Of a stretch of 64,000 nucleotides of DNA, positions 29,859-41,251 are shown piece after piece (the first letter of the stretch is position 1; the number at the start of each line of letters is the position of its first letter). A model generated the notes under the pieces. That model searched no databases. It was not told the DNA's origin and was given only the letters and a program-made list of their open reading frames with translations. The DNA is taken from NCBI RefSeq assembly GCF_947498015.1, contig NZ_CANMIR010000005.1:97551-161550 (forward strand), read 5' to 3'. Origin of the DNA: an uncultured Neptuniibacter sp. (GTDB lineage Bacteria; Pseudomonadota; Gammaproteobacteria; Pseudomonadales; Balneatricaceae). The position numbers and the translations under genes are program-made.

Positions 29859-30332
29859 TTATTTTGCAGCCATTACGCGCTGCTTTTGACGTGCCCAATC
29901 TTTATCTTTATCGGCAGCACGTTTGTCATGCTGCTTCTTACCTTTAGCCAGCGCGATTTCGCATTTAATCTTATTCTGTTTCCAGTACAAGGATAGGGCG
30001 ACGCAAGTATAACCTTTAGCCTGAATGGCATTGATAATCTTGACTAGTTCGCGGTGGTTAAGCAGTAACTTTCGATCTCGTGTTGGGTCCGCAACGACAT
30101 GGGTGCAAGCGGTTTTCAGTGGCGTAATATGCGCCCCGACTAACCAAGCCTCACCTTTGTGGATGTTGATAAAGGACTCAACTAATTGAGCACGGCCTTC
30201 ACGTAAACTTTTAACTTCCCAGCCGGTCAGCACCAAGCCTGCTTCGAATTTATCATCAATGATAAAATCGTGGCGTGCTTTTTTATTCTGACAGATGGTG
30301 TTACCCGAAGGCGCTTTCTTCTTCTTAGCCAT
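29859..30332 (-). CDS. smpB: SsrA-binding protein
   Basis: [31 protein letters not shown] and DKDW motifs. Confidence 0.98.
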   Translation of the reverse strand: MAKKKKAPSGNTICQNKKARHDFIIDDKFEAGLVLTGWEVKSLREGRAQLVESFINIHKGEAWLVGAHITPLKTACTHVVADPTRDRKLLLNHRELVKIINAIQAKGYTCVALSLYWKQNKIKCEIALAKGKKQHDKRAADKDKDWARQKQRVMAAK

Positions 30333-30612
30333 GGCGGGCGATTATATAGTGCGGCTATACACAAAGAAAGCGCTATAGTTCATACATCAGCTTTTTCTTC
30401 GGTTGACGGTTTTTGGGATTAAGTTAAGGAATAAAGGCTGCTCAGGTAGCCATAAAATCCTCTGTTTTTGAGTCTTGATTCAGGATTTTTCCCTGAAATT
30501 TGGAGGCGGTAGTTCTGTGTGTGATTTTTAAACAGTTTCCGTTGTACATGACAATAAAAAGATGAAAAAATCGCCCCTTTTTTCGCTTATACAATAAGAG
30601 AGCAAGCGTTCC

Positions 30613-31977
30613 ATGCAGGAAAAGAAATCAATCCACGGTGCTTGGGCATCACGCTGGATTTTTATTTTGGCAGCGACTGGGTCGGCTGTTGGTCTGGGTA
30701 ATATCTGGAAATTCCCCTATATAGCTGGTGAAAATGGGGGCGGTGCTTTTGTACTGGTCTATCTGATCTGCATATTGTTGGTTGGTGTTCCAATCATGAT
30801 GGCGGAGGTGCTGATCGGTCGTCGTGGACGGCAAAGCCCTATCAACGCGATGAAGGATGTTGCGATTGAAGCCAATCATTCAGGGCGCTGGTCGCTTGTT
30901 GGATGGATGGGCGTGCTTGCGGGATTTATGATCTTCTCATTCTACTCTGTCGTGGCGGGCTGGGTTCTCTACTACATTGCTGGAATGGGGGTAGGTGACT
31001 TTATCGCAATCGGTAGCAGTGACGCTGGTGCTGTTTTTGAGGGACTTCTCGCTGATACACAGACGCTGCTGATCTGGCATACCATCTTTGTTCTGATGGT
31101 CATGTTGGTGATTGCGGGTGGCGTAAAGAAAGGCTTGGAAAACGCAGTTAAATTCCTGATGCCTGCACTCTTTGTCTTGCTCCTTGTTATGCTGGGTTAC
31201 TCAATGCAGACGGAGGGCTTTTCTGCGGGTTGGAATTTCCTTTTCCACTTTGATACGAGCGAACTGAGTTGGGATGCGGTTTTGATTGCCCTGGGACACT
31301 CGTTCTTTACCCTGTCGTTGGGTATGGGTGCAATTATGGCGTATGGCTCCTATATGCCGAAGAAAACCTCAATTGGTGGATCTGTTGTAATGATCGCGTT
31401 TATGGATACGCTTGTTGCGCTGATTGCCGGATTGGTGATCTTTCCGATCGTATTCACTAACGGTATGGATCCAGGCGCTGGACCTGGCTTGATGTTTGTC
31501 ACCCTGCCTGTCGCTTTTGGTCAGATGCCAGGTGGTCAGGTATTCGGATTTGTATTCTTCCTGTTGGTAGGGATTGCGGCATGGACCTCAGCGATCTCTC
31601 TGATGGAGCCTGCTGCTGCATGGTTGGTAGAAAAGTTCAGCTGGCATCGTGTACCCGCGTGTATCGTTCTGGGGCTGATGGTCTGGGGCCTGGGAATCGC
31701 GGCATTAGGGTCATTCAATTTTATGTCCGACTTTAAACTGTTAGGTTTTAATGTCTTTGACTTCCTGGATTTCATGACTGCAAATGTGATGTTGCCTTTG
31801 GGCGGCTTGTTCATCGCTATTTTTGCGGGTTGGTTTGTGACGCGTAAAATGGCAGAGAATGAATTGGCAATCTCGTCACCATTGCTTTTCAATGCATGGT
31901 ATATTGCTCTGCGTTTTGTATCGCCAATGGCGGTGGCGATCATATTTATTCTCAATCTTGTTGAGAAGTTGAAGTAG
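30613..31977 (+). CDS. Sodium-dependent transporter, NSS (SNF) family
   Basis: GSAVGLGNIWKFPY, NGGGAF, FFTLSLGMG, GPGLMF and TSAISLME motifs. Confidence 0.95.
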   Translation: MQEKKSIHGAWASRWIFILAATGSAVGLGNIWKFPYIAGENGGGAFVLVYLICILLVGVPIMMAEVLIGRRGRQSPINAMKDVAIEANHSGRWSLVGWMGVLAGFMIFSFYSVVAGWVLYYIAGMGVGDFIAIGSSDAGAVFEGLLADTQTLLIWHTIFVLMVMLVIAGGVKKGLENAVKFLMPALFVLLLVMLGYSMQTEGFSAGWNFLFHFDTSELSWDAVLIALGHSFFTLSLGMGAIMAYGSYMPKKTSIGGSVVMIAFMDTLVALIAGLVIFPIVFTNGMDPGAGPGLMFVTLPVAFGQMPGGQVFGFVFFLLVGIAAWTSAISLMEPAAAWLVEKFSWHRVPACIVLGLMVWGLGIAALGSFNFMSDFKLLGFNVFDFLDFMTANVMLPLGGLFIAIFAGWFVTRKMAENELAISSPLLFNAWYIALRFVSPMAVAIIFILNLVEKLK

Positions 31978-31993
31978 AGGTAATTCCAGCGGC

Positions 31994-32425
31994 ATGGCTC
32001 AGGTAGATCGCAGTGCATTAGTGTTGCACACTGCAGAAGAGATGTTTGATCTTATTAACGATGTAGAACGATATCCTGAGTTTTTGCCCTGGTGTGCTAA
32101 AACAGAGATCGTCAGCAAAACGGCTGATGAGTTGGTTGCTACACTTTATCTCTCGAAAGGGGGGTTAAAGTATAGCTTTACGACACGTAATCAATTGTCG
32201 AGACCCACTCAAATGACCCTTGAACTGGAGGAGGGGCCCTTCTCCACTCTTTCTGGTGTATGGGATTTCAAAGTGCTGAGCGATGAGGCTTGTAAAGTCA
32301 GCCTTAATCTTCAGTTTGAGTTTTCTGGTAAAATCGCATCCATTGCTATGAGTAAAGTATTTAATCAGGTTGCTACAACCCTGGTGGATGCTTTTGTGAC
32401 GCGTGCAGACCAGATTTACGACTAA
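31994..32425 (+). CDS. ratA: RatA/PasT (Coq10-like START domain) protein
   Basis: DVERYPEFLPWC, FTTRN, GPFSTLSGVW and FVTRADQIY motifs. Confidence 0.93.
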   Translation: MAQVDRSALVLHTAEEMFDLINDVERYPEFLPWCAKTEIVSKTADELVATLYLSKGGLKYSFTTRNQLSRPTQMTLELEEGPFSTLSGVWDFKVLSDEACKVSLNLQFEFSGKIASIAMSKVFNQVATTLVDAFVTRADQIYD

Positions 32426-32434
32426 GGAGCTCTT

Positions 32435-32746
32435 ATGAATATTGAGGTTGCTTACGCTCTGCCTACTGAACAGAAAATCATCTCCCTGAAAGTGCCGGAT
32501 GAGTGCACGGTCTATGAAGCAGTGATTAAATCGGGCATTAAAGATATTTTTCCTGAGATCGACCCTGAAAATGATCCTATGGGGATCTTTGCTAAGGCTG
32601 TTAAGAACCCTAAAGAGACAATTTTACGGGAAGGTCAGCGTATTGAGATCTATCGACCTTTGATTGCTGACCCTAAAGAGGCGAGAGCGAAGCGCGCAGC
32701 TAAGATGAAAGCAAAGAAGGAAGCCGAAGAAGCTGCGCGTAAATAG
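32435..32746 (+). CDS. rnfH: RnfH/RatB family ubiquitin-like protein
   Basis: IEVAYALP, GIFAK and RIEIYRPLIADPKEAR motifs. Confidence 0.93.
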   Translation: MNIEVAYALPTEQKIISLKVPDECTVYEAVIKSGIKDIFPEIDPENDPMGIFAKAVKNPKETILREGQRIEIYRPLIADPKEARAKRAAKMKAKKEAEEAARK

Positions 32747-32758
32747 TGTACGAAGTGA

Positions 32759-33088
32759 TTAGGAGCCGCCAGGTCTGAAATCACCGTTTAAGGCGCTCAG
32801 CTTACCGTCGGTGAAATTAAGCGTAATCCGTTCGCGCACATAGTTGCCATCAGCACCTGTTTTCTTGCTGTATATATAATCCCAGCGCCCTTCGTGGAAA
32901 GTGTCGGTCAGTAGCGGAGAGCCCATTACAAAACGGACCTGATTTGGGGTCATGCCGGGGCGCAACTGGTCCACCATCTCCTGTGTCACGACGTTGCCTT
33001 GAGGCACATCGATCTTATAAACACCTGGAAATCCTGAACAGCCTGTTAGAACTACAGTAAGTGCCGCAGTAATAAGAAGTTTTTGCAT
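32759..33088 (-). CDS. bamE: Outer membrane assembly lipoprotein BamE/OmlA
   Basis: Lipobox LTGC, IDVPQGN, GMTPNQV and WDYIY; divergent from fur. Confidence 0.95.
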   Translation of the reverse strand: MQKLLITAALTVVLTGCSGFPGVYKIDVPQGNVVTQEMVDQLRPGMTPNQVRFVMGSPLLTDTFHEGRWDYIYSKKTGADGNYVRERITLNFTDGKLSALNGDFRPGGS

Positions 33089-33204
33089 CTGATTTTTGCT
33101 TCCACTATTGTGCGTAAATGCGGATAATAAAGTTTCATGCGTGTTTGGACAAGCGATTCAGTTCTATCCGCATTATGTAATCACCTATAGCCCAGAGAAA
33201 AATT

Positions 33205-33627
33205 ATGTCACTTGAAAATCAGGAACTACGAAAAGCGGGTCTTAAAGTTACCCTGCCGCGTGTAAAAATTTATCAGATTCTGGAGAAAGCCGGTGAAGGC
33301 GATCACTTCAGTGCTGAAGATATTTACAAGTTGTTGATGGAAAAGGGTGAAGATGTTGGTCTGGCTACTGTCTACCGTGTTTTAACTCAGTTTGAAGCAG
33401 CGGGTTTAGTGACTCGTCATCACTTTGAAGGTGGTCACTCTGTATTTGAGCTAGCACGTGATGAAGAGCACGATCACATCGTTTGTGTGAAAAGCGGTAT
33501 CGTAAGAGAGTTTAACGATCCTCGCCTCAATGAACTGTTGAACGAGATCGCAGAAAATATGGGCTTTACTGTGACTGATCGTACGATTTATCTGTACGGT
33601 GTTCACAAGGATGCTGAAGACAAGTAA
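33205..33627 (+). CDS. fur: Ferric uptake regulator with atypical metal-site residues
   Basis: LRKAGLKVTLPRVKI and GLATVYRVLTQFE; canonical bamE-fur-recN locus. Confidence 0.93.
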   Translation: MSLENQELRKAGLKVTLPRVKIYQILEKAGEGDHFSAEDIYKLLMEKGEDVGLATVYRVLTQFEAAGLVTRHHFEGGHSVFELARDEEHDHIVCVKSGIVREFNDPRLNELLNEIAENMGFTVTDRTIYLYGVHKDAEDK

Positions 33628-33654
33628 GCGGCTTTACCTAATGTCCAGGTGATC

Positions 33655-33687
33655 ACTAAAAGACCAGCATGATGCTGGTCTTTTAGT
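33655..33687. terminator. Bidirectional terminator between fur and recN
   Basis: actaaaagaccagcat-g-atgctggtcttttagt, a perfect 16-bp inverted repeat. Confidence 0.9.
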
Positions 33688-33727
33688 ATCTGCAATATCC
33701 ATGCAATTTGTAATGATGCTAGCCAGG

Positions 33728-35389
33728 TCATACAACCCCTAGCATCTCCCGGGCATGCTCAACAGATCGCTCAGTAATATCAATCCCCCCCAACATTCGA
33801 GCAATCTCCTGAATTCGCTTACTTTCATCCAGTTGATCAATGCGGGTGTGTGTTTTGAGTGTATCACTACGCTTGCTAACAAACAGATGCTGGTGGCCCT
33901 GAGAGGCGACCTGGGGTTGATGAGTAACGCAGAGGATTTGTGCTTGTTCTCCCAATTGACATAAGAGTCGACCAACAACTTCGGCGATCGCACCCCCGAT
34001 TCCGACATCCACTTCGTCAAAGATGAGTGTGGGTGTGGTTGAAGTTTGTGCGGTGATCACCTGAATCGCCAGACTGATGCGGGATAGCTCGCCTCCGGAT
34101 GCAATCTTAGCCAGAGGTTTCGCTGGCTGGCCTTTGTTTGTGATGATCAAAAATTCAATATCTTCCAGACCATTCGTGGTTGGCTTTTCAAGCCTGCTCA
34201 TATCAACCGAGATCTGTGCCGAAGGCATACCTAAACTGTGTAGCTGCTGATCGACGAGTTTGCTCAGCTTTTTGGCTGCTGAGGCGCGTTTATTGCTTAA
34301 CTTTTCTGCCAGTTGGAGGTATTTGACCTGAGTTGTTTCGACATCTTTTGCGAGCTGCTCCAGCTCTTCGTCGGATCTGTTCAGACCGGCAAGCTCATCA
34401 CAAAGCCTCTGGTGAAACTCTGCGAGTTGCTCCGGAGTAATACGGTGTTTGCGGGCAATTTCGTAAATTGAGGATAAGCGCTCTTCTACTTCCTGCTGGC
34501 GTTCAGGATTGATCTCGACTCTCTCTAAATAGTGGCGTATCTCTGTACTGGCCTCTTCAACCTGTATTAGTGCCGAATTAAGCATTTCGCTGGCCTGGCG
34601 CACTGAAGGTGATTCGGACTGAATATCGGCGAGCAGGTGAAGACAGTGATTGAGCAATTGAGCACAGTTATTCTCTTCATTGTCACTGGCCAGATTTATC
34701 ATCTGTTGGCCGGTACTGAGAATCTCACCGGCATTTGCCAAGGTTTTTTGTTCATCTTCCAGCTGCTTTAGCTCTTCAGGCTGCAATCCTAGTTGGTCAA
34801 GTTCTTCTATCTGATAACTGAGTAGTTGAACCCGAGCAGTTTGTTCCGCACTTTGCTCGGATAGCTGTTTTAATTCCTGAGCGAGTCTGTGCCAGTTTTG
34901 GTATGCATCGCGGACCTGGCTAGCTAGTTTTGCTTCACCGGCAAAGTTATCCAGAAGTTCACGGTGATGGTCTTTTTTCAGCAGGCGCTGGTGTTCGTGT
35001 TGACCATGTATGGCAATCAGGTGTTCACCTAATAGTTTGACCTGTCCAGCGGGTGTCGGGCGACCATTGATATAGCAGCGGGAACGGCCCTCTTTTGTAA
35101 TGACTCGGCGGAGAATGCATTCACCGTCATTATCCAGGTCATTGTCAGTTAGCCATTGCGCAGCATCAGGAATCGTATCGATATTAAAGCTTGCGCTAAT
35201 ATCGGCCTTGTCTGCCCCGTGACGTACAGCTCCGGCTTCGGCTCTGTCTCCCAGTGTCAGGCCCAGTGCATCCAGCATGATCGATTTACCTGCACCGGTT
35301 TCCCCGCTGACTACGGTCATGCCCTGTTTTAGTTCAAGGTCGAGCTGTTCGACGATTGCAAAGTCACGAATGGTTAACTGATTTAGCAT
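33728..35389 (-). CDS. recN: DNA repair protein RecN
   Basis: GETGAGKS, IHGQHEHQ, ASGGELSR, IFDEVD and VTHQPQVA motifs. Start placed at MLNQLTI (35389); an alternative ATG lies at 35401. Confidence 0.96.
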   Translation of the reverse strand: MLNQLTIRDFAIVEQLDLELKQGMTVVSGETGAGKSIMLDALGLTLGDRAEAGAVRHGADKADISASFNIDTIPDAAQWLTDNDLDNDGECILRRVITKEGRSRCYINGRPTPAGQVKLLGEHLIAIHGQHEHQRLLKKDHHRELLDNFAGEAKLASQVRDAYQNWHRLAQELKQLSEQSAEQTARVQLLSYQIEELDQLGLQPEELKQLEDEQKTLANAGEILSTGQQMINLASDNEENNCAQLLNHCLHLLADIQSESPSVRQASEMLNSALIQVEEASTEIRHYLERVEINPERQQEVEERLSSIYEIARKHRITPEQLAEFHQRLCDELAGLNRSDEELEQLAKDVETTQVKYLQLAEKLSNKRASAAKKLSKLVDQQLHSLGMPSAQISVDMSRLEKPTTNGLEDIEFLIITNKGQPAKPLAKIASGGELSRISLAIQVITAQTSTTPTLIFDEVDVGIGGAIAEVVGRLLCQLGEQAQILCVTHQPQVASQGHQHLFVSKRSDTLKTHTRIDQLDESKRIQEIARMLGGIDITERSVEHAREMLGVV

Positions 35390-35397
35390 AATAAAAT

Positions 35398-35429
35398 ACA
35401 TGTGTTTTTATACAGTGTTTTCTGTATAA
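35398..35429. promoter_or_regulatory. Probable LexA (SOS) box upstream of recN
   Basis: acatgtgtttttatacagtg has one core mismatch to CTG-N10-CAG; a second half-site ctgtataa lies at 35422-35429. recN is a canonical LexA target. Confidence 0.5.
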
Positions 35430-35492
35430 GCCAATTTCCAGGGCGATGCAATGTTTATCTGTTAATTGTGTAAAAAAATGCATCATTTACTG

Positions 35493-35519
35493 TTGAAAGG
35501 TTTAACTATGGCCCCATAT
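35493..35519 (+). promoter_or_regulatory. Sigma32 (RpoH) promoter of grpE
   Basis: TTGAAA-N13-CCCCATAT, a consensus match. Confidence 0.88.
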
Positions 35520-35588
35520 ATCTCGGCAGATGAAATTAACACCAACTCAGACGCTTTATGACTATGTAAAGCAGGCTGGAGATTATCA

Positions 35589-36194
35589 ATGGCAAATGAA
35601 GAACTTAACTCGGTAGATGGACAGCAGGAAGTAGAAACTGAGCAGCAAGTGAATGAAAGTGTTGCAGATGGTGCTGCAGATGAGAGCGCTGTTGCGGATG
35701 AAACGATTGAGCAGGATGCTTTACCTGATGCTGAAAAATTAGCTCAGGACCTTGCTGCGGCAACGGCAGAAGTTGAAGCCCTGAAAGATCAGATGTTGCG
35801 CATTCAGGCTGAAGCACAAAATGTTCGTCGTCGGGCTGAGCAGGACGTTGAGAAAGCACACAAATACGGCGTGGAAAAGTTTGCCAATGAGATGCTGCCG
35901 ATTGTTGATAGTCTTGAGCGAGCAATCGAAGCAGTAGGGGATGATGAAGCGCTGAAACCGATGCGTGAAGGCGTGGAGATGACAATGAATATGTTCCTCT
36001 CTGGCTTGGCAAAATTCCAGATGGAGCAGGTGAATCCCAAAGGTGAAAGTTTTGATCCTGCACTGCATCAGGCGATGTCAATGATTGAGGTGCCAGACAC
36101 CCCAGCAAATACCGTGGTTGATGTAATGCAGAAGGGTTACACCTTGCATGGTCGTTTAGTTCGTCCTGCCATGGTTATTGTGGCAAAAGGTTAA
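35589..36194 (+). CDS. grpE: Nucleotide exchange factor GrpE
   Basis: AEAQNVRRR, FDPALHQAM and QKGYTLHGRLVRPAMV motifs. Confidence 0.97.
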   Translation: MANEELNSVDGQQEVETEQQVNESVADGAADESAVADETIEQDALPDAEKLAQDLAAATAEVEALKDQMLRIQAEAQNVRRRAEQDVEKAHKYGVEKFANEMLPIVDSLERAIEAVGDDEALKPMREGVEMTMNMFLSGLAKFQMEQVNPKGESFDPALHQAMSMIEVPDTPANTVVDVMQKGYTLHGRLVRPAMVIVAKG

Positions 36195-36213
36195 GAAAAA
36201 AGTTGCACAGGGT

Positions 36214-36240
36214 CTTGAAACCTTACAAAACGCACTTATA
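36214..36240 (+). promoter_or_regulatory. Probable sigma32 promoter of dnaK
   Basis: CTTGAAA followed by a degenerate -10 (cgcacttata). Confidence 0.55.
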
Positions 36241-36329
36241 TAGGTTTCAAGTTGACTGAAAAGCAGTCAAAGAAAAGTTTATAAGACTATCCGTCCAATC
36301 TGGATAGCAAGATATTGGAGCAGATACAA

Positions 36330-38258
36330 ATGGGTAAAATCATCGGTATTGACCTGGGGACCACAAACTCTTGTGTTTCCATCCTAGACGGTGACAGCGC
36401 AAAAGTAATTGAGAATGCTGAAGGCGATCGTACTACACCCTCTATCATCGCTTATGCTGATGAAGGTGAAATTCTGGTTGGCCAGCCAGCTAAACGTCAG
36501 GCTGTTACAAACCCGAACAACACACTGTTTGCTATCAAGCGTTTGATCGGTCGTCGCTTTAAAGATGACGTCGTTCAGAAAGATATCAAAATGGTACCTT
36601 ACAAAATTATCGAAGCTGACAATGGTGACGCTTGGGTAGAAGTTAAGGATGAAAAGCTGGCTGCTCCTCAGATCTCTGCAGAAATTCTTAAAAAGATGAA
36701 GAAAACTGCTGAAGATTACCTGGGCGAGAGCGTCACTGAAGCGGTTGTAACCGTTCCGGCATACTTCAATGACTCTCAGCGTCAGGCGACCAAGGATGCA
36801 GGTAAAATCGCTGGTCTGGACGTAAAACGTATTATCAACGAGCCAACTGCTGCAGCGCTGGCTTACGGCATGGACAAGTCGAAAGGCGACAAAACCATCG
36901 CTGTATATGACCTGGGTGGCGGTACATTCGATATCTCTATTATCGAGATTGCCGAAGTGGATGGTGAGCATCAGTTTGAAGTACTGTCTACCAACGGTGA
37001 TACCTTCCTGGGTGGTGAAGACTTCGATCTACGTCTGATTGAATTCTTGGCAGAAGAGTTCAAAAAAGAATCAGGTATCGACCTGCATAATGATCCTCTG
37101 GCGCTGCAACGCCTGAAAGAGGGCGCTGAGAAAGCCAAAGTTGAGCTTTCCTCAGCACAGCAGACTGATGTTAACCTGCCTTACATCACTGCAGATGCAA
37201 CAGGTCCTAAGCACCTTAATGTGAAAATCACCCGCGCTAAACTGGAATCTCTGGTTGAAGAGCTGGTTAACCGTTCTCTGGAACCTTGTAAAATTGCCCT
37301 ACAGGATTCCGATCTGAGCACCTCTGAAATTGATGAAGTGATTCTGGTAGGTGGTCAGACTCGTATGCCAATGGTGCAGCAGAAAGTTGCTGAATTCTTT
37401 GGTAAGGAAGCGCGTAAAGATGTTAACCCGGATGAAGCAGTAGCGATGGGTGCTGCGATCCAGGGTGCGGTACTGGCAGGCGACGTAAAAGACGTACTGC
37501 TGCTGGATGTAACGCCTCTGACACTGGGTATCGAAACAATGGGTGGTGTTGCTACGCCAGTTATTGAGAAGAACACTACGATTCCAACGAAGAAATCTCA
37601 GATCTTCTCTACCGCAGATGACAACCAGAGCGCAGTGACTATCCACGTTGTTCAGGGTGAGCGTAAGCAGGCATCTTCTAACAAATCTCTGGGTCGTTTT
37701 GATCTGGCCGATATCCCGCCGGCGCCACGTGGTATTCCTCAGATCGAAGTAACTTTCGACCTGGATGCGAACGGTATTCTTAACGTGTCCGCTCAGGATA
37801 AGGCAACCGGTAAACAGCAATCTATCGTCATCAAAGCCTCTTCTGGCCTGAGCGATGATGAGATCGAGCAGATGGTTACCGATGCTGAAGCTCACGCTGA
37901 AGAAGATAAGAAGTTTGAAGAACTGACGACTGCCCGTAACCAGGGTGATGCGATGGTTCACTCCGCTAAGAAAACAATGGAAGAAGCGGGTGACAAAGCG
38001 ACAGATGAAGAGAAAGCAGCAGTTGAAGCGGCTACCGCTGAGCTTGAAGAAGTGCTGAAAGGCGATGACAAGGACGCTATTGAGGCGAAAACGGCTGCAC
38101 TCACTGAAGCGATCTCTGGCGTTGCTCAGAAAATGTATGCAGAAGCTGCACAGCAGGCGGAAGCTGCTCAGGGCGCCGAAGGTGCGGAGCAACAGGCTGG
38201 CGGTAACGATGATGCTGTAGACGCTGAGTTTGAAGAAGTGAAAGACGATAAAAAATAA
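36330..38258 (+). CDS. dnaK: Chaperone DnaK
   Basis: [25 protein letters not shown] and GGEDFD motifs; start at MGKIIG. Confidence 0.99.
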   Translation: MGKIIGIDLGTTNSCVSILDGDSAKVIENAEGDRTTPSIIAYADEGEILVGQPAKRQAVTNPNNTLFAIKRLIGRRFKDDVVQKDIKMVPYKIIEADNGDAWVEVKDEKLAAPQISAEILKKMKKTAEDYLGESVTEAVVTVPAYFNDSQRQATKDAGKIAGLDVKRIINEPTAAALAYGMDKSKGDKTIAVYDLGGGTFDISIIEIAEVDGEHQFEVLSTNGDTFLGGEDFDLRLIEFLAEEFKKESGIDLHNDPLALQRLKEGAEKAKVELSSAQQTDVNLPYITADATGPKHLNVKITRAKLESLVEELVNRSLEPCKIALQDSDLSTSEIDEVILVGGQTRMPMVQQKVAEFFGKEARKDVNPDEAVAMGAAIQGAVLAGDVKDVLLLDVTPLTLGIETMGGVATPVIEKNTTIPTKKSQIFSTADDNQSAVTIHVVQGERKQASSNKSLGRFDLADIPPAPRGIPQIEVTFDLDANGILNVSAQDKATGKQQSIVIKASSGLSDDEIEQMVTDAEAHAEEDKKFEELTTARNQGDAMVHSAKKTMEEAGDKATDEEKAAVEAATAELEEVLKGDDKDAIEAKTAALTEAISGVAQKMYAEAAQQAEAAQGAEGAEQQAGGNDDAVDAEFEEVKDDKK

Positions 38259-38295
38259 GTCGTCTGGAAACCGCTTCTCAGTGTATTAGCGTAGG

Positions 38296-38359
38296 CTTTC
38301 CGTGCTGGATTCAGCACGGAAAGTGAAATAACTCGGCACCGCGGGCTCTCAGGCCCGCG
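38296..38359 (+). other. Two intercistronic hairpins between dnaK and dnaJ
   Basis: ctttccgtgctg-gatt-cagcacggaaag (12 bp) and cgcgggc-N6-gcccgcg. Confidence 0.65.
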
Positions 38360-38399
38360 TTGTCATATTCGGCACTAAGCCGTGACACGTGTTGTGACT

Positions 38400-39533
38400 A
38401 TGTCAAAAAGAGATTACTACGAAGTATTGGGCGTATCCCGCGACTCATCAGATCGCGATATCAAAAAGGCCTTTCGCCGTATGGCGATGAAGTATCATCC
38501 AGACCGTAATCCGGATGATAAAGATGCGGAAGATAGCTTCAAAGAAGTGAATGAAGCTTATGAGGTACTTTCCGATGCGCAGAAAAAAGCCGCCTATGAT
38601 CAGTATGGTCATGCCGGTGTAGATCCGAATATGCGTGGCGGACAGGGTGGAGGCTTTGATGGTAACTTCTCCGATATCTTTGGTGATGTATTTGGCGATA
38701 TCTTTGGCGGCGGTGGTGGTCGCGGCGGTCGTAGTTCGGTCCAGCGCGGTGCGGATCTTCGTTACAACATGGAGATGTCACTTGAAGAAGCTGTACGTGG
38801 CGTAGAGAAGAGCATCAAAGTACCAACGCTGGTAGGTTGTGAAACTTGTGATGGGACAGGAGCTAAGCCGGGTACATCTGCGAAAGTCTGTGGTACGTGT
38901 GGAGGCCAGGGCCAGGTTCGTATGCAGCAGGGTTTCTTTTCGGTACAGCAAACATGCCCGAGCTGTCATGGTGAAGGTAAAGTTATCTCTGATCCGTGTA
39001 CTGACTGTCGGGGCCATGGCCGAATTGAAAAGACTAAGACTCTCAATGTAAAAATTCCTGCAGGTGTTGATACTGGCGATCGTATCCGTCTTGCGGGTGA
39101 GGGAGAAGCCGGTACTCATGGGGGCCCCGCGGGAGATCTCTATGTTCAGGTTCATGTTAAAGATCACCCTATCTTTGAGCGTGATGGTAAACACCTGTAC
39201 TGTGAAGTACCGATCAGCTTTGTTGATGCAGCGTTAGGTGGTGAGCTTGAAGTGCCTACATTGGATGGGCGCGTTAAGTTAAAAGTGCCGTCCGAAACTC
39301 AGACAGGCAAGATGTTCCGTCTGCGTGGTAAGGGCATCGCTCCAGTACGTGGCGGCTCTACGGGCGACTTGCTGGTTAAGGTTGTGGTGGAAACACCCGT
39401 TAAGCTAAGTGGACGCCAAAAAGAGCTGTTGCGTGAATTCCAGGATGAAATGGAGCAGGGCACACATAAGCACAGCCCGAAAAAGCATGGCTTCTTTGAT
39501 TCGGTTAAGAAGTTTTTTGAAGATATGACCTAA
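38400..39533 (+). CDS. dnaJ: Chaperone DnaJ
   Basis: HPD motif, G/F-rich region and four CxxCxGxG repeats. Confidence 0.98.
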   Translation: MSKRDYYEVLGVSRDSSDRDIKKAFRRMAMKYHPDRNPDDKDAEDSFKEVNEAYEVLSDAQKKAAYDQYGHAGVDPNMRGGQGGGFDGNFSDIFGDVFGDIFGGGGGRGGRSSVQRGADLRYNMEMSLEEAVRGVEKSIKVPTLVGCETCDGTGAKPGTSAKVCGTCGGQGQVRMQQGFFSVQQTCPSCHGEGKVISDPCTDCRGHGRIEKTKTLNVKIPAGVDTGDRIRLAGEGEAGTHGGPAGDLYVQVHVKDHPIFERDGKHLYCEVPISFVDAALGGELEVPTLDGRVKLKVPSETQTGKMFRLRGKGIAPVRGGSTGDLLVKVVVETPVKLSGRQKELLREFQDEMEQGTHKHSPKKHGFFDSVKKFFEDMT

Positions 39534-39534
39534 G

Positions 39535-39562
39535 ATAAAGGGGCTTGTTAGCCCCTTTATTA
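39535..39562 (+). terminator. Terminator-like hairpin after dnaJ
   Basis: ataaaggggct-tgtt-agcccctttat. Confidence 0.7.
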
Positions 39563-39580
39563 TCGATATACGGAGATGGC

Positions 39581-41208
<1,628 letters not shown>

Positions 41209-41219
41209 ACTGAGCTTGT

Positions 41220-41251
41220 AAAAAAAAAACCGCCAGTTGGCGGTTTTTTTT
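41220..41251. terminator. Bidirectional terminator between dapB and the response regulator gene
   Basis: A-run-ccgcc-agtt-ggcgg-T-run. Confidence 0.9.

Noticed and set aside
36384-38192. Long antisense ORFs (195 and 297 aa) opposite dnaK
   Set aside because: Shadow frames produced by the codon bias of a highly expressed gene; long antisense ORFs over dnaK are a well-known artefact. No SD or recognisable domain.
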